Made by a program: the position numbers and the translations under genes. The notes under the pieces were generated by a model. It searched no databases, was not told the DNA's origin, and saw only the letters and a list, made by a program, of their open reading frames with translations. From Ramazzottius varieornatus (Eukaryota > Animalia > Tardigrada), in the NCBI GenBank assembly GCA_001949185.1, contig BDGG01000008.1, forward strand, positions 372,001 through 436,000: a stretch of 64,000 nt of DNA, written 5' to 3'. Positions 43,330 to 55,379 of the stretch are shown here, one piece after another (positions within the stretch are counted from its first letter, which is position 1; each line of letters opens with the position of its first letter).

Positions 43330-46300
43330 CTACACTTGGCTTCCCATCAGCGCAGCTGCGGACGGCGACGTTATGGGCTTTGCTATCACGCGGCGACCCG
43401 CGTACCCGTAAACGTTTTCTGGAGGACGCCCACCGTTATGCAGTGGTATTCTGTCTTGCTCGCGTATTTGACCAAGCTGCCTACAAAATCCAATCAAATA
43501 TCATCCCATGTTCAGTTAACGGGTACTTTAATTTCTTTTTTACGGTAACTTTCAGCACAATATTTGAGATGTCGGCAAAAACCCTCGGCACGATCGCTAT
43601 CCCAAGTGGCGCAGTTTTCATTCCCATCGGCTCGAAATATGCGCCACTTCGGTGACAATCATTTCCAGACCTGCCAGCCTCCACTTTTTGTTCTTTTTGG
43701 TCTTTGTTTTGTCAATCTGCTCAGCATATTTTAATATAAAAAATCTAGCTCACGCAAACACCGTACAACATTTGAGCAAACAAAATTACCTCGCGGTTTG
43801 GGCGTAGATGCCGTTACCCATACGGACCGTATGGACAGGTGCGTTACTGTGTAAAGGCACATTAGAAGGAGGGCTGCCGTATTCAAAGAAGTTAGATACG
43901 GGTCGTTGCTTCTGCACTGGATGAGCCATTTGAGGTTTCCGTCTCAGGACCTTTTGAATCTCGTCATAGTTCATGTAGTGGCCATACGGATCGTTGGTCA
44001 CGTATGTTGTGCTTCCGCTGGTTGGAATTCCTCTGTAAACAACACGAACACGTTGAAATAGTATTCTTGCTCAAGACTGATATCATGAAGCTGGAATGGT
44101 GAAGTCAACGTACGGGTGTTTGACGTTGTTTCTGCCTTGAACCGGCACATGCACGATAGTCGGTCGCTGCTCCACGGGCTGTGACCGTTTCGGTGGTTGG
44201 CGCACGTCAGACGACGAGGCAGGATGTGGCTGGTGTATTTGAGCTCGCTGCTGCATCTGCATTTCCGACTTATACCGTTGTAAGTGGACGTTTATCCTAC
44301 AGAAAAAACCAGAATCGTTAACCATACTCATCCTCGCTTTTATTCGATAGACATGCAGTACCACCTCGTGGAATACGAGACAACTAAAACTATAAATAAA
44401 GATTTCACATCGCAGCTCAAGTTTCCGTCAAAAAATCACCGTGAGGCTTCCGTCCGACTTCAAGATCAACTGCTGAGATTATCAAAAGAGCTTTCGAGAA
44501 AATGGAATGTGGGGATTACAAAACTGGCTGATTGTTCTTTACCTCTGTTGTTCCTCAAGCGCAGCTTGGCGAGCTTTGGCCGCTTGATCCTCCATCGCCT
44601 TACTTGGAGTTCTTGAGCCTTCCGACGAAGCTGTCACAGCTTCCGCTGGTGATTTCTCCTTGCCGCTACGTCTCAGCAGTCCACGGAAAAATCCCGTTTT
44701 CTTGGCGGATTTCTTACTAGCACTATCTGCTGACTTGTCAGAATCGAGGACCTCGATGTCTTCCTTGGAAATGTTCGGGGAACTAACAGCAGGCTCCATC
44801 TTCTCTTCCCTCAGTTCTTCGCCAGACTCCGCTTCGTAGGACCTGTCGACCGCTACCCTGAAGCTCTCGTTGCATCCACGGTTCCGATTGGAGACACCTT
44901 TGGCTTTCCGACGAGCGCCGTTCGTGCCTGCGGGAGCCACGCCACCGTTTACCACACTTTCCAACGAGTTGGCTCGACGGATGGCGGACTTTTGGTCGGT
45001 TTCCGTGGCATAACTGGGCGAGGGCGTGTAGGAAGTGCCGGCCACTGCTCTGGTTTCTGACAAGGCTTGTCGCGACTTCTGGTAGGTTTGCAGTTGTCGA
45101 GGATCGATGTGACCACGACGCTTCTCTGACATACTTTGACGTGTGATGGAATCTCTGTTGAACGGATCGTAGTCCCTAAAATAGGAAATCTCCACGTTAT
45201 TTTAAGGCACATTCTGCAGATGAAATTTCAAACGGCTATGCTGCGAAATAAGGCTCGTGCGGTTAGGTCATCACGCTTCACAGGAGCAACCGTCACTAAT
45301 AACGGAAGGCTCCATCGCCTCGGTTCTTCAACATCAACCAAGAAAGAGTTTTGCTCGTTCACTAAGGTATTACATGGAACTATCAGCGTCGTACGGATCT
45401 TTGAGCTCGTCCAAGCGTCGGCGTGCGGTTCCATTGGTCGACGAAATGCTATTAGGGGTACTCTGCAATTAAACAGCCAACACTTTATAACATGTTCATT
45501 AAAGTGTGCTACTGCCTCTGCAATCATACCTCCGCATAGCCGTCGTCACCCTCGATGAGGACAGGGTGTGATTTGCCTCCGGTCACTGTCACCGACGTTG
45601 ACGAGTTGCTGTTTTGGTACAACCTGGGTGGCTTTGGTGGACTGGGATCGGACGTGGGGGAAGACGACAAGTTGAGGTGACTTGGCACGCGAATGATGTG
45701 ATTGAGCTCCATCGGTGCACTGTGAGGCACGACTTGAGAAAGAACGGCAGTCTTGTCACGTGCTGGAAGTTCTCGCGCGATCGTGATGGACATGAAGGGT
45801 GACGTGGTCCCATGGTCTGCCATGGTTTTTCTCAGCACCTCCATGGCTTCCTGGTTGTCTTTATTCAGAAGACTTACACCATCTACACTAAGAAGCTGGT
45901 CATCTGGCAGCAATCTCCCATCCTGCAGAAGGAATGGAGACATTAACTGAGATAACAGTAGAAAGTCCGCCAGATCCCTATGTACCTGCATACATGCAGC
46001 TCGCAGTGAAAGTGCGATGAAATGTAAGCAGGTACATGAGATTATCCAAAATGGAACCATGTTTCAAGAACCAGCATACATCCCATCGCGCTTTCACCAC
46101 AGCCTTGCATGTATGCAGGCATTTGCAAAAAGAACGTTAGGCTGCTGAATTATCAGTTAATATTGTTTGAAATTACACCAACCTTCGATGCAGCTCCACC
46201 ATGTATGACGTTCATGACGAAGATGCCCTCGTCATACTCCACGCCGTCTTCTGTTGTTTTAGCTTTTCCTTTAACGCGGACACCAAGTCCTGCTGAACCA

Positions 46301-49300
46301 GTTTCGTTAAGCGGAATCTCATATGTAATAATTTCTTTGTTCTTTTCCAACGCTTCATCCTTGTTCTCAGTCTGCAGGGGTTCCGGAGCTTGGCTCAGGG
46401 TTCTTGGTAGTAGAGGACTGTTGGTGGTTTCCGGACGACCCACTACCAGAACCACTTCCGTGTTGAGAGGGATGCCCCGCAGCATACCGACCACCTCATC
46501 TTGGGTCTTTCCCGTCAGGTCCACACCATTGACTTCAACCAAGCGATCACCAGTCTTCAGTCGACCATCTTTAAAAGCAGCTCCTTTTGGCAAGATACTA
46601 AAAACACAAAAATAATATACCCCTCAAAATGATAAGATAAAATCGGTGCAAAATTAGCGTAAGATATTAAGTTTCAGTTGGTAGCGATGATGGAAGCACG
46701 GATTAATTACCTCTTGACATAAATCGGACAGATGACGCCGGCGGAATTATCTCTGGTTGTCACCGTGAATCCGAGACCTGATTGTACTACATCATTAATC
46801 GTGACAGTAATAGAGGTATTAGGGATTGGACACGTGGAGGGTTCTCCCGCCACTGAGCCAGTAGACCGTAAACAGGAAGTGCTATCCCATGAGAACGTAC
46901 CTTCTGGTCCTTTGAGCAGGTCAATTGTCAGCTTCCGTCCTGGCCGCCTGAACGAGCCATAGGTGTAGAGATTATCCGCATCTCCGTTCAGACTGTTGAC
47001 AGCATCCGGTGTGTAATCCATTGATGCTTCGTTATTGGCTCGTGAAAGCATGGCTTCGAGATCATAAGGCTGTAATTTGGGCTTTGGTGGCAACGGTGGA
47101 GGAGTGCGCTTCCTTCGGGAGTCCAGCTGTGCTTCTTGCTGCTGCTGCTGCTGTGACGATAAATGCTGCTGCTGATGCTGTTGCTCGTCGGCTGAGATGG
47201 TGGGTGACGACGAGTTGGTGGAAGTCACTTGGGCCACTGCCGAAGAGACGCGAATTTTGACGGCACTGCCTTGAGCAGTCGTGACGGCTTTCCGTAAAAC
47301 ACCTTGTGCTCTACGAAAGAAGAAGATAACAAATGTCAAGATTAAGTTATCGGTTATCGTGCCCGTATATTGTACCGGTATCACCGGTATATACGGCCGT
47401 GTCACAAGGTAATAAATCGAAGGCGGTACGCAAGGTCTTAAAAATATATCACGGAGAACTGCGCCAACATAACCGATCATAAAAGGCGGACAAAATTCTC
47501 AACGACGATAAATCAAGCGAGTGAATAAAGCAAAAGCACCCTAGTGACCGATAGCAAAGGCGCCGATGAGAAAGAATATTTCTTTTTAATTACCCGCGCA
47601 GTCAAATATTCCGTTCCGGAACAGCAAACAATGCAAAGAAACGAAAGTATTTCATGGAGGAGTTTTGCGCTCCGAGTAGGTACATACATTACCTGTCAAA
47701 ATGTAGATCATCAACCTTCTGTCCATTCACGTCGATAATACAGTCCGTTAAGTGCAGTTGGCCAGACTGTTCGGCCACGGAATTCTTGTCAATGCGATGA
47801 ATTCGCAGGCCAGTCGTGTCACGCGCTGGCATTCTAAACACAACCAAAACACACTTTCATCAAGAATGTGACGGAAAAGCATGCCCGCAATGATAAGAAA
47901 AGAGATTCAAACTACTTCTCACGTACAAGTGTAAACCGAGTGGTTCGCCTTGTCGAGGAACCAACTCGACCACCGTTTGTTCTTCGGAAGTCTCTAACAG
48001 GTAGGGCACAGGCAACTTTGCAGCAGACTTCTGACTCTTGGTCACCATCTTCTCGGTGTTGCTATCACGCGAGAGTTCACTCGGAGAGCTGTCAACTCTT
48101 TGCAGGTTATTCTAGATAAATGAGACAAGAATAGTTAGGCGATGAGTATTCGGTACCTCCGGAGGGAGTCGAGAATGCTTACTTGAGGCGGAAGAGGAAT
48201 GATTATTTTGCCTCGCCCATTCTCGTGGCCGTAATGGACAGTAGCGGCTGTGGACCACCGCTTACTAAGGCACTGATTTGTTGGCACTGTAATCTCTTCG
48301 TGGTCCTTCGCGTTTTCCAACGCAGATTCGGAGCCACGACGGACCGATAAGGCAAGACCTGCAAACAACTCAAACATTAGGTAACCCAAATAGGAATCAT
48401 TATGAATTCAAGTGCTGTACTATTAAGGAGACACCCGGGTTCTACTTTTCTGCCCCCCCCCCCCNNNNNNNNNNNNNNNNNNNNNNNNNNNNNNNNNNNN
48501 NNNNNNNNNNNNNNNNNNNNNNNNNNNNNNNNNNNNNNNNNNNNNNNNNNNNNNNNNNNNNNNNNNNNNNNNNNNNNNNNNNNNNNNNACCCCCGGGTTT
48601 TATTTTTTTGCCCCCCCCCCCCAATAATGTCCAAAGAAGCTTTTCGCATACCTGACTTTACAGTGACATCCTCTTCTTTGATTTCAATACCGTTCTGATC
48701 GTCTCCCAGTAATCCGGATCTTTTCAAGTGCCACCGCTGATTCTGATTGAGTGGTGTGGGTTTTGGTCCTCGTGAGTCTGCCTCACTGTTCTCGCTATCA
48801 GGTCGCCAGGTATCTGTTGAGCTGGAGCCGGCACTCATACCATCGCTGGCCGGAAGAGTGTCCAACTCATCGCAGTCTTCTTCGAAGAGTGCTACAATCT
48901 ACAAAGGGAAGATATATTTGTCAGTGGCGGGAACATGCTTTCAGTTCCAAAGGGTGTCGCAGCGTAAACAGCCATCACTTGGTCTTGCTTGGTGCCATGC
49001 CCTAACCAGACAAACATGGTGGTCAGGGCTGTTATGCATTTACATGGCACTCATGTGCGGATTTTAACAAGCTAAGACGAGGCGATAGAGACATTGTTAG
49101 CAAGCTCCATCGGAGCTTAAAAGTTCGATGTGGAGGTGCTCGTGGTCCATAAGGCACCGTGAAAGCTCGAGAGCTGCTTACCTGCTCTCGATCGTCCACA
49201 ACAGCGGCAATTTGATCGTTAAAGTCCAATATCCCACCGTCGTTGACACTCTTTACGGTGTGGACGCATATCTTGACCTTCGGACCCTGCAAAATTCAAA

Positions 49301-52300
49301 CCACATTACATAACCGGAATGTTGCAAATCTCATGAGACGTTGACTATTCATCTACAGTGTTTTCTTCTAAACTTATAAACGAGAGCTCCACATCGATAC
49401 GCCTCCTATACAGTAAGTCCCATGGAGAAAGACAAAAGAACGACCTCAAATTTACTTCTGCAGTTTTCCGGCCTGCTTTGCCACCCGATAAGACTTGCAT
49501 CTGGACCAAACTGGCGGAAGTATCTGGAGGGCGCTTGTGCGAGCCTAAGTTGGTTAATCTATGGCACAGAAGCGAAGAGCCACCATGTCAGCACGCCTTA
49601 TCACGGTCGACTGGCCAAAAGCAGCCACGAAATTGTTATGACTTTCCAATTTGTTGTGACCACCGTCAGTAAGTGAACTCGTAGTCTGAACCGAACAACT
49701 GAGTCTGCTTCCAACAGAAGCCGCGGGTGGAGAACCTAAATGCCCAGTGAAGCGGTTCGTACAAAATATTCCACAGCAGCGCAAGTCACGCCCTCCCAAA
49801 CCTATGCGAGGTACCGCGACCTTCGAGCTGATCTCGAGAACCTTCCGAAGTTTCATCCGTCGAGAAGGAATATAGAACCGATGGTAGAACTTTGGGAAAG
49901 ACAACCTGGTCGGTCTTCCGTCAATAGCGTCGAGCGAAACGTTGACTTTCAAGAAATGACTGCAAAAGCGATAGTTTTCTGCAGTTCATGTGCACGTGTA
50001 CCGACTGCAAAGGATTTGACTGCTCTAACAAATAGCACCGATTACTACAAGCCCTCCTTCAGCCGACAGTGGGAAAGAACTGAGGCAAGAGATCATACCA
50101 AGACATTATATAGGGCATACTACCTCAGTTCTGAATAGGAAGGAACTTGAAACAACCTGTGCAGCGTCAAAGCATTGTTGGCATTGTTGTTTTTCGCTTG
50201 ATGCACGTCGAACATAGACACGATGATTACAACGAACTCTCAACGAGGCGACGTCAGACCCATGTAGGTTACACCCACATCAAGAAATCATAAACAGAAG
50301 CCGTCGAGCAATTATGACTCTTGGCGCATAATAAACGCCGATAAGCAAGCGTGAAGAACGCATTTAACACTTTCAGCACGATCGTTTTCATGTTTGCAGA
50401 ATACTACCGTTCTCTTTGTGTATACAGGAATTTTATTGGCTGGTGCCGCGTTGCGGAGCTGTTCCAACCAATAGGCAATTTTCGAAAAAATTCGAATAAT
50501 TGACAGGCCATGAACGCTAAATCTCAAAAGGGAGAACTGGTCGTCTTGATTTTCTTCTGACCGCACTGATGACCACAAAATTTATCTCAGGCTCGGCTTC
50601 GATAGATAAGACTGTCCCCAGTACTCCATTTTTTTTCTAAGCGAATACCGTGCACGTGTCTCGCGCGAAGAGACGAAACACCAAATTTCACCAAAACCAC
50701 CCGAAACGGTAGAAAAAATTTTCAGCGTACTTTGCTGACCGCTGGCCATCAGTGTTGCTTTGGTGAGAAGACCGAGGTACATGCAAACAAAAAGACCCAG
50801 ACCCGAAACACCAAAAGCTAAAACTGGGAGGTGAATAAAACTGAGTGATTGTACACACAAAGAGGACGGTCGTAAGCAGAGTGTTAATACAGTTCGCCGT
50901 TTGACGGCGAACCTTTTACCCTTTTCATGGGCGTCTGAACGTGCCTTATCTTGGTTGGCATGAAGGTGCTTCTAAATTAGCTGCTTTTCCCCAAGCAATG
51001 CTTGACATATTAGATTACCATACAATACACTGGCGACCCTGATCAGAAACAGAAAAATACTCAATCAAAGTTCGGGATGTGGGCAAATCCGAACCGAGCC
51101 AGGTTGTTTTCCCAAGTGGCGCAAACTTCCAGCCAGTCGTGATGATAGTGAGCGCCACTATAGAAGTACTGTTCAATTCATTTGCCCACTGTCCGTGTCA
51201 GTCTTCGGTGTTTTGAGTGGCGGAAGTTCTTCTCGGTGATCAACAGGTGGTTGTAAGTTCTCCAACGAATGCTCTCATTTTTCGGAAAAACGTAGAAAGT
51301 GCACCACTGTACAGTGCTTCATGTACGGTAGAGACCGCTTTACGGATCTCCGATTTCGGCTGCGCCCGTAGACCAAACACTCGACGAGAGTTCTCTGTCG
51401 GCGATGAGTATATTTAGCAGCAAGTGAAGTACTGCAACGAGCATACAGGATCTCGAGATAAAAATAAACAACAATAATGTCGACAATGCATATTCATAAC
51501 TGCGCGGCACCATCCTCACTCAAAGACCTTAGCCAGTGCCAAACAGCGGGAAAAATACACAATGGCAAACGAACTTTCTACTTGTTAGATTCAATACGGT
51601 CAAAAGTCTGTACAGCTAGCTAGAAACCGGCTTCCGGAACCGTGACTGACTGAGAAATTCAACGCTACCAGTCCTTTTCGTTCTCTATTGGAGAGAAGAC
51701 AACATGGAGCGAATGTGAGTGACAGTCCCATAATAAAAAGTAAAGCTTTGGACTTAATCCTCGATGTTATTAAACTGAGCACACCGAAAGAATACCCACA
51801 ATGTAGACCAAATTTTCCGCTCCACATCAACGAGGTAAAAACCGCGCTACTGGAAGTCAAGTAACAACCATTTGCGGTCAAGCGCAAGTTTTCCAAACAA
51901 AGCTATGAATTCCTATTCAAAGAAAATTTGAACAGAGCACCGATTCATCTACATTCAATTATAACCGATGCGCCACCATTTAGGGTCTTGAAAACCACGC
52001 CCAGTTCTTAGGCTATACGACCTTTCGAAAACTCGAGTTTCGACTGAACGAACATCGGCTTTCGAAATATGTTTCTTGATTGATCGATATCGGTTCTATC
52101 CAGTGTGGATGTTGGACTGTAAACTTGACTGTGCAAAAAAGCGCTTATTGTATTTTAAATGTCGCAAACTGGAAGGTCGCCAGTTCACGCAATAGTGACG
52201 CCAAAGTCTACATCGCGGCAATTGAACGCTCCAAAAGGTAATCAATGGACAAAATTCAAAAGCATTAATCGAACGAGTTCTCGGTAGTGCCTTTTTTCCG

Positions 52301-54495
52301 GGGCGTAATTTACTTCTCACCGACCGCGCTTTTTACCGGTGATTTAAAGCTTTTTGTCTGTGCTGTGGGGCGCAATTATGACGACTGTCTCTCAAAAAGT
52401 GGTCTGTTCATGAGAACCTTGCTTCACGCCAAATGGATTAATGTGAGTCGAAAATGAAATAAGCGTCTCAGCGTGCTGGAGAGAATACTTTAGTCTTCCG
52501 TCTTCACAAAGTAATCATCACAAATCATGTAACGGGTGAAGGTAAAGGCGAGAAGCTTGACGTTCCTTCATATACAGCACAATTTTGCGCTCTGACAATT
52601 CGTTCTATCAAACCATTTCGATTGTCGTTTTTTGGTCAAACAAATTTAACGGCAATTTTGTCTTTATATTTGATTAAATATCTCTCATAATTTGTGCGAA
52701 GACACGAACAGTCATTTCAGTGCACCGGAAATATGTAGTTCCGTTATGAGCGTAATACGGCGTGAATCAGGGGTTGTTTGACATCATCGGTTGCCTTCTG
52801 CCGGAGAGTACGCTGATGCCGCAATAAAGCCGTAAAATGTTCGGCACGACCGTCTTAGTGAGTGGCTACAAAGCTTCGACAATGGAAATATGAGCCGCGT
52901 GGTTGCCATTTTCCGACGCACAAGCAATTCTTCAAGCCTGCATTTGAGAGTTGACCCACAACGCTCCACCGCGGCGCACTGGTGCTTACCGTAACAGCGC
53001 TCAAGGTTCACTCTCGAAGCTCGACCATCGGCGTAATTGCCAATAATTAACCACCTGCCGACTCGACCGAAATACCGACCCTCACAGCTTCCGCTAAGAA
53101 CAAACTACCAAAAGATTTCGAAGAGAGCTACCAAAACCGCGAATTCTATAAACTGCCGTCCGATCACCATCAGGAAGACAGAGACAAACATCTTCCTCTT
53201 ATCCAAGACTAGTCTCATCAAAGATCCTCGGAATATCCTACCGCGAAATTCCGCAGAAATTTTCAGTCTAGCTCACATTTTTTGACGAAGCCTCATTCTT
53301 CCAGACCTGTAGTTCCTGATTCCTGAAGTCCTTTCTTTTGAATTCGAATTCGTGGTCGTTCTGCATGGAAAGACACGAAAGACCCTGTGTACGGTCCAGT
53401 GCGGCGAGTTTGATACGTGAATTTGTGATCTGGAGCAAAATTCTTGGCTCTCGAACTCTCGAAGATAAGGATGGTTTACATTGGGCGACTTCAACTTGTA
53501 CTTTGTGGCGCAATAGTTCTTTGCAGCTGATAAGCCATACCGGTTATTGAGGTTTGGTCCATTCGGCTAAAATCAGTCATCCTGACTCACTACGGTACTT
53601 CTTCTTGGACATATTTGAAGAACATAAATTTCCGCCACAGTCGCCGGAACACAATAGTCGGAGCCATAGAGGGAAAAGACTGCATTCCTTTCCTTGTGCT
53701 GTTGGGCCAGTGTTGGCCCTGCTGAAAAGTCTCGGAAAGCTTCTCAAGAGGTGGCTGACATATAACAGCGTAGACACGATTATATGCTGCGGAAAGCGAC
53801 GACTAAATATCAGCCAACATCTCCTCTTGCCAAGGAGAGAAACTGTAAACGTTGGCCATTTCTACCCTCACTGATCAATCACAACTCGCAACAGATTCAA
53901 GTATAAACTCTCCGACGAACAATAACCAAGGCCTAGGAATCTCAAGAACGCCGAAACACGCAATGAACTTCCACACTCAACGTTACGACCACCGGAAACG
54001 GACGTGACAGCCGTAAGCCAGGAACCACAAAAGAAACAATCTATTCACAACCTTGAAAATCCTGATTGCTTTCCGAAGGTACAGTAAAGCGAATTATCCT
54101 TGACAAGCTAGCTGGAAAGCAGGATTCGAGACGATATCCGAAAACCTGGAAGAGTGGGCGCACAACAAGGAAACAGCGGCTCATTAATATCCATCACATA
54201 CACGCATTACATAACATAATCGTATTGACATAGCGACACCCTGAACAATTACGACTGATTGACCATCAAGGTTGATTGACGCAAGTAATTGGAGCGGATT
54301 TTGAATTTCAATTTTCACTTTTTGAAAACTTGAATATTCTTCATGGATTCAAGAAGTCCTCCTGGCTTATCTTACCTTCCCCGTCGCACGTTTGTAGCGG
54401 GAGATAGCTTCATTGACCAAATCCTTGACGATTAGATCCCCATTTCCACATGGAACGGTAATCCTGGTCTCGTCGAAACAGACGATCACCTTCAT
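43330..54495 (-). CDS. par-3: Partitioning defective 3 / bazooka (CR1, three PDZ domains, aPKC-binding CR3), ~15 exons
   Basis: Exon 1 (54376-54495) MKVIVCFDETRITVPCGNGDLIVKDLVNEAISRYKRATGK; DGGILDFNDQI; PDZ2 GLGFTVTTRDN and GAAFKDGRLKTGDRLVEVNG; PDZ3 EIPLNETGSAGLGVRVKG; FNRDSITRQSMSEKR; RGCNESFRVAVDRSY; last exon ends GSQV*. Confidence 0.93.
45984..46120. repeat. Palindromic element family A, inverted pair
   Basis: ACCTGCATACA-N28-TGTAAGCAGGT (45984-46033) and ACCAGCATACA-N29-TGTATGCAGGC (46070-46120); the two spacers are partly reverse-complementary. Confidence 0.75.
48465..48588. other. Assembly gap (N run) inside a par-3 intron
   Basis: About 124 N, flanked by homopolymer-rich low-quality sequence. 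Confidence 0.95.
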
Positions 54496-55379
54496 GGCTA
54501 GTGTGGAAGATATCACGCTGTGAGCGTCCTTGAATAATTACGGCTCGGCCATCCACTATGCTCGAGATCAATTCCAGAAGGCAATCCGGATATGAATCAG
54601 TCCATCAAAAGTAGTTATCAGAATCTGAAAATACATAATCATACATGGCAAATATTAGCAGCTAGTGATTGCGTCTACTGTAGGTGAGGAATTTCTAAAT
54701 GCCATGCGCTGCTCTACCTCTGGCTCCGCGACTTCCATCAAGCATGCCTCACCTACGCAGCCAGGTTGAAGTTGAGCGAAAGATTTGTATGGCCTGCATG
54801 ATCTCTGTCGTAACATGGCAGTTAGACAGAACAGAAAGCACAGGTGCGATAGCTCAGGTCGGCCTATATCTACTCTGGCACGTACGCAGCGGTGTAATCA
54901 ATGAAATCGGATGTTTGGCCTAATCACGTGGGGTTTGAAGGCCGACAATGCACTCTGCAGTGCAGGTCAGGGCCACGTGACAGCCATTTATCTTCCTGTG
55001 GGCGGTTTGTTTATTTTTGAAGGCATGGGAATGGTCGATACGGTCAGCGCCAGAGGGTGGCAGCACCTACGCGCGCCAATTTGCTTGGACTCCTTTGGAG
55101 AACGCAAACGGTCAAAACCCTCGATAGTTCCAAACTTCGTGGCCCGTTTTCTCCTCTTATCTCTTGAATAGCGTTTGCATGTTTCGGTGTTCGGCTACAT
55201 CATAGATACGCTGCACTGGCAGGCATGACGGGAGGGGAACCTGGGCCTTAACCGATCCTGGCAACGGGATCTTTCGCGTTGTTGGCTTTTCGGAGCACCA
55301 GGCAGGAGCATCACCCGCCTTATACATGCGTAGGTTAGAAAGAGTTGTAATTTTGTCCTGAAATACATTATCTTACATC

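Noticed and set aside
43481-43684. ORF 43481..43684 as the main par-3 terminal exon
   Set aside because: It runs through a family B palindromic repeat; the downstream exon ending GSQV has a stronger acceptor and a more plausible terminus.
48377-48698. ORFs spanning the N run with poly-G/poly-P translations
   Set aside because: Artefacts of the assembly gap and low-quality flanks.
49554-50138. Overlapping 132-aa ORFs on both strands in par-3 intron 1
   Set aside because: No recognisable domain, compositional bias or convincing splice context; a nested gene or alternative first exon cannot be supported.
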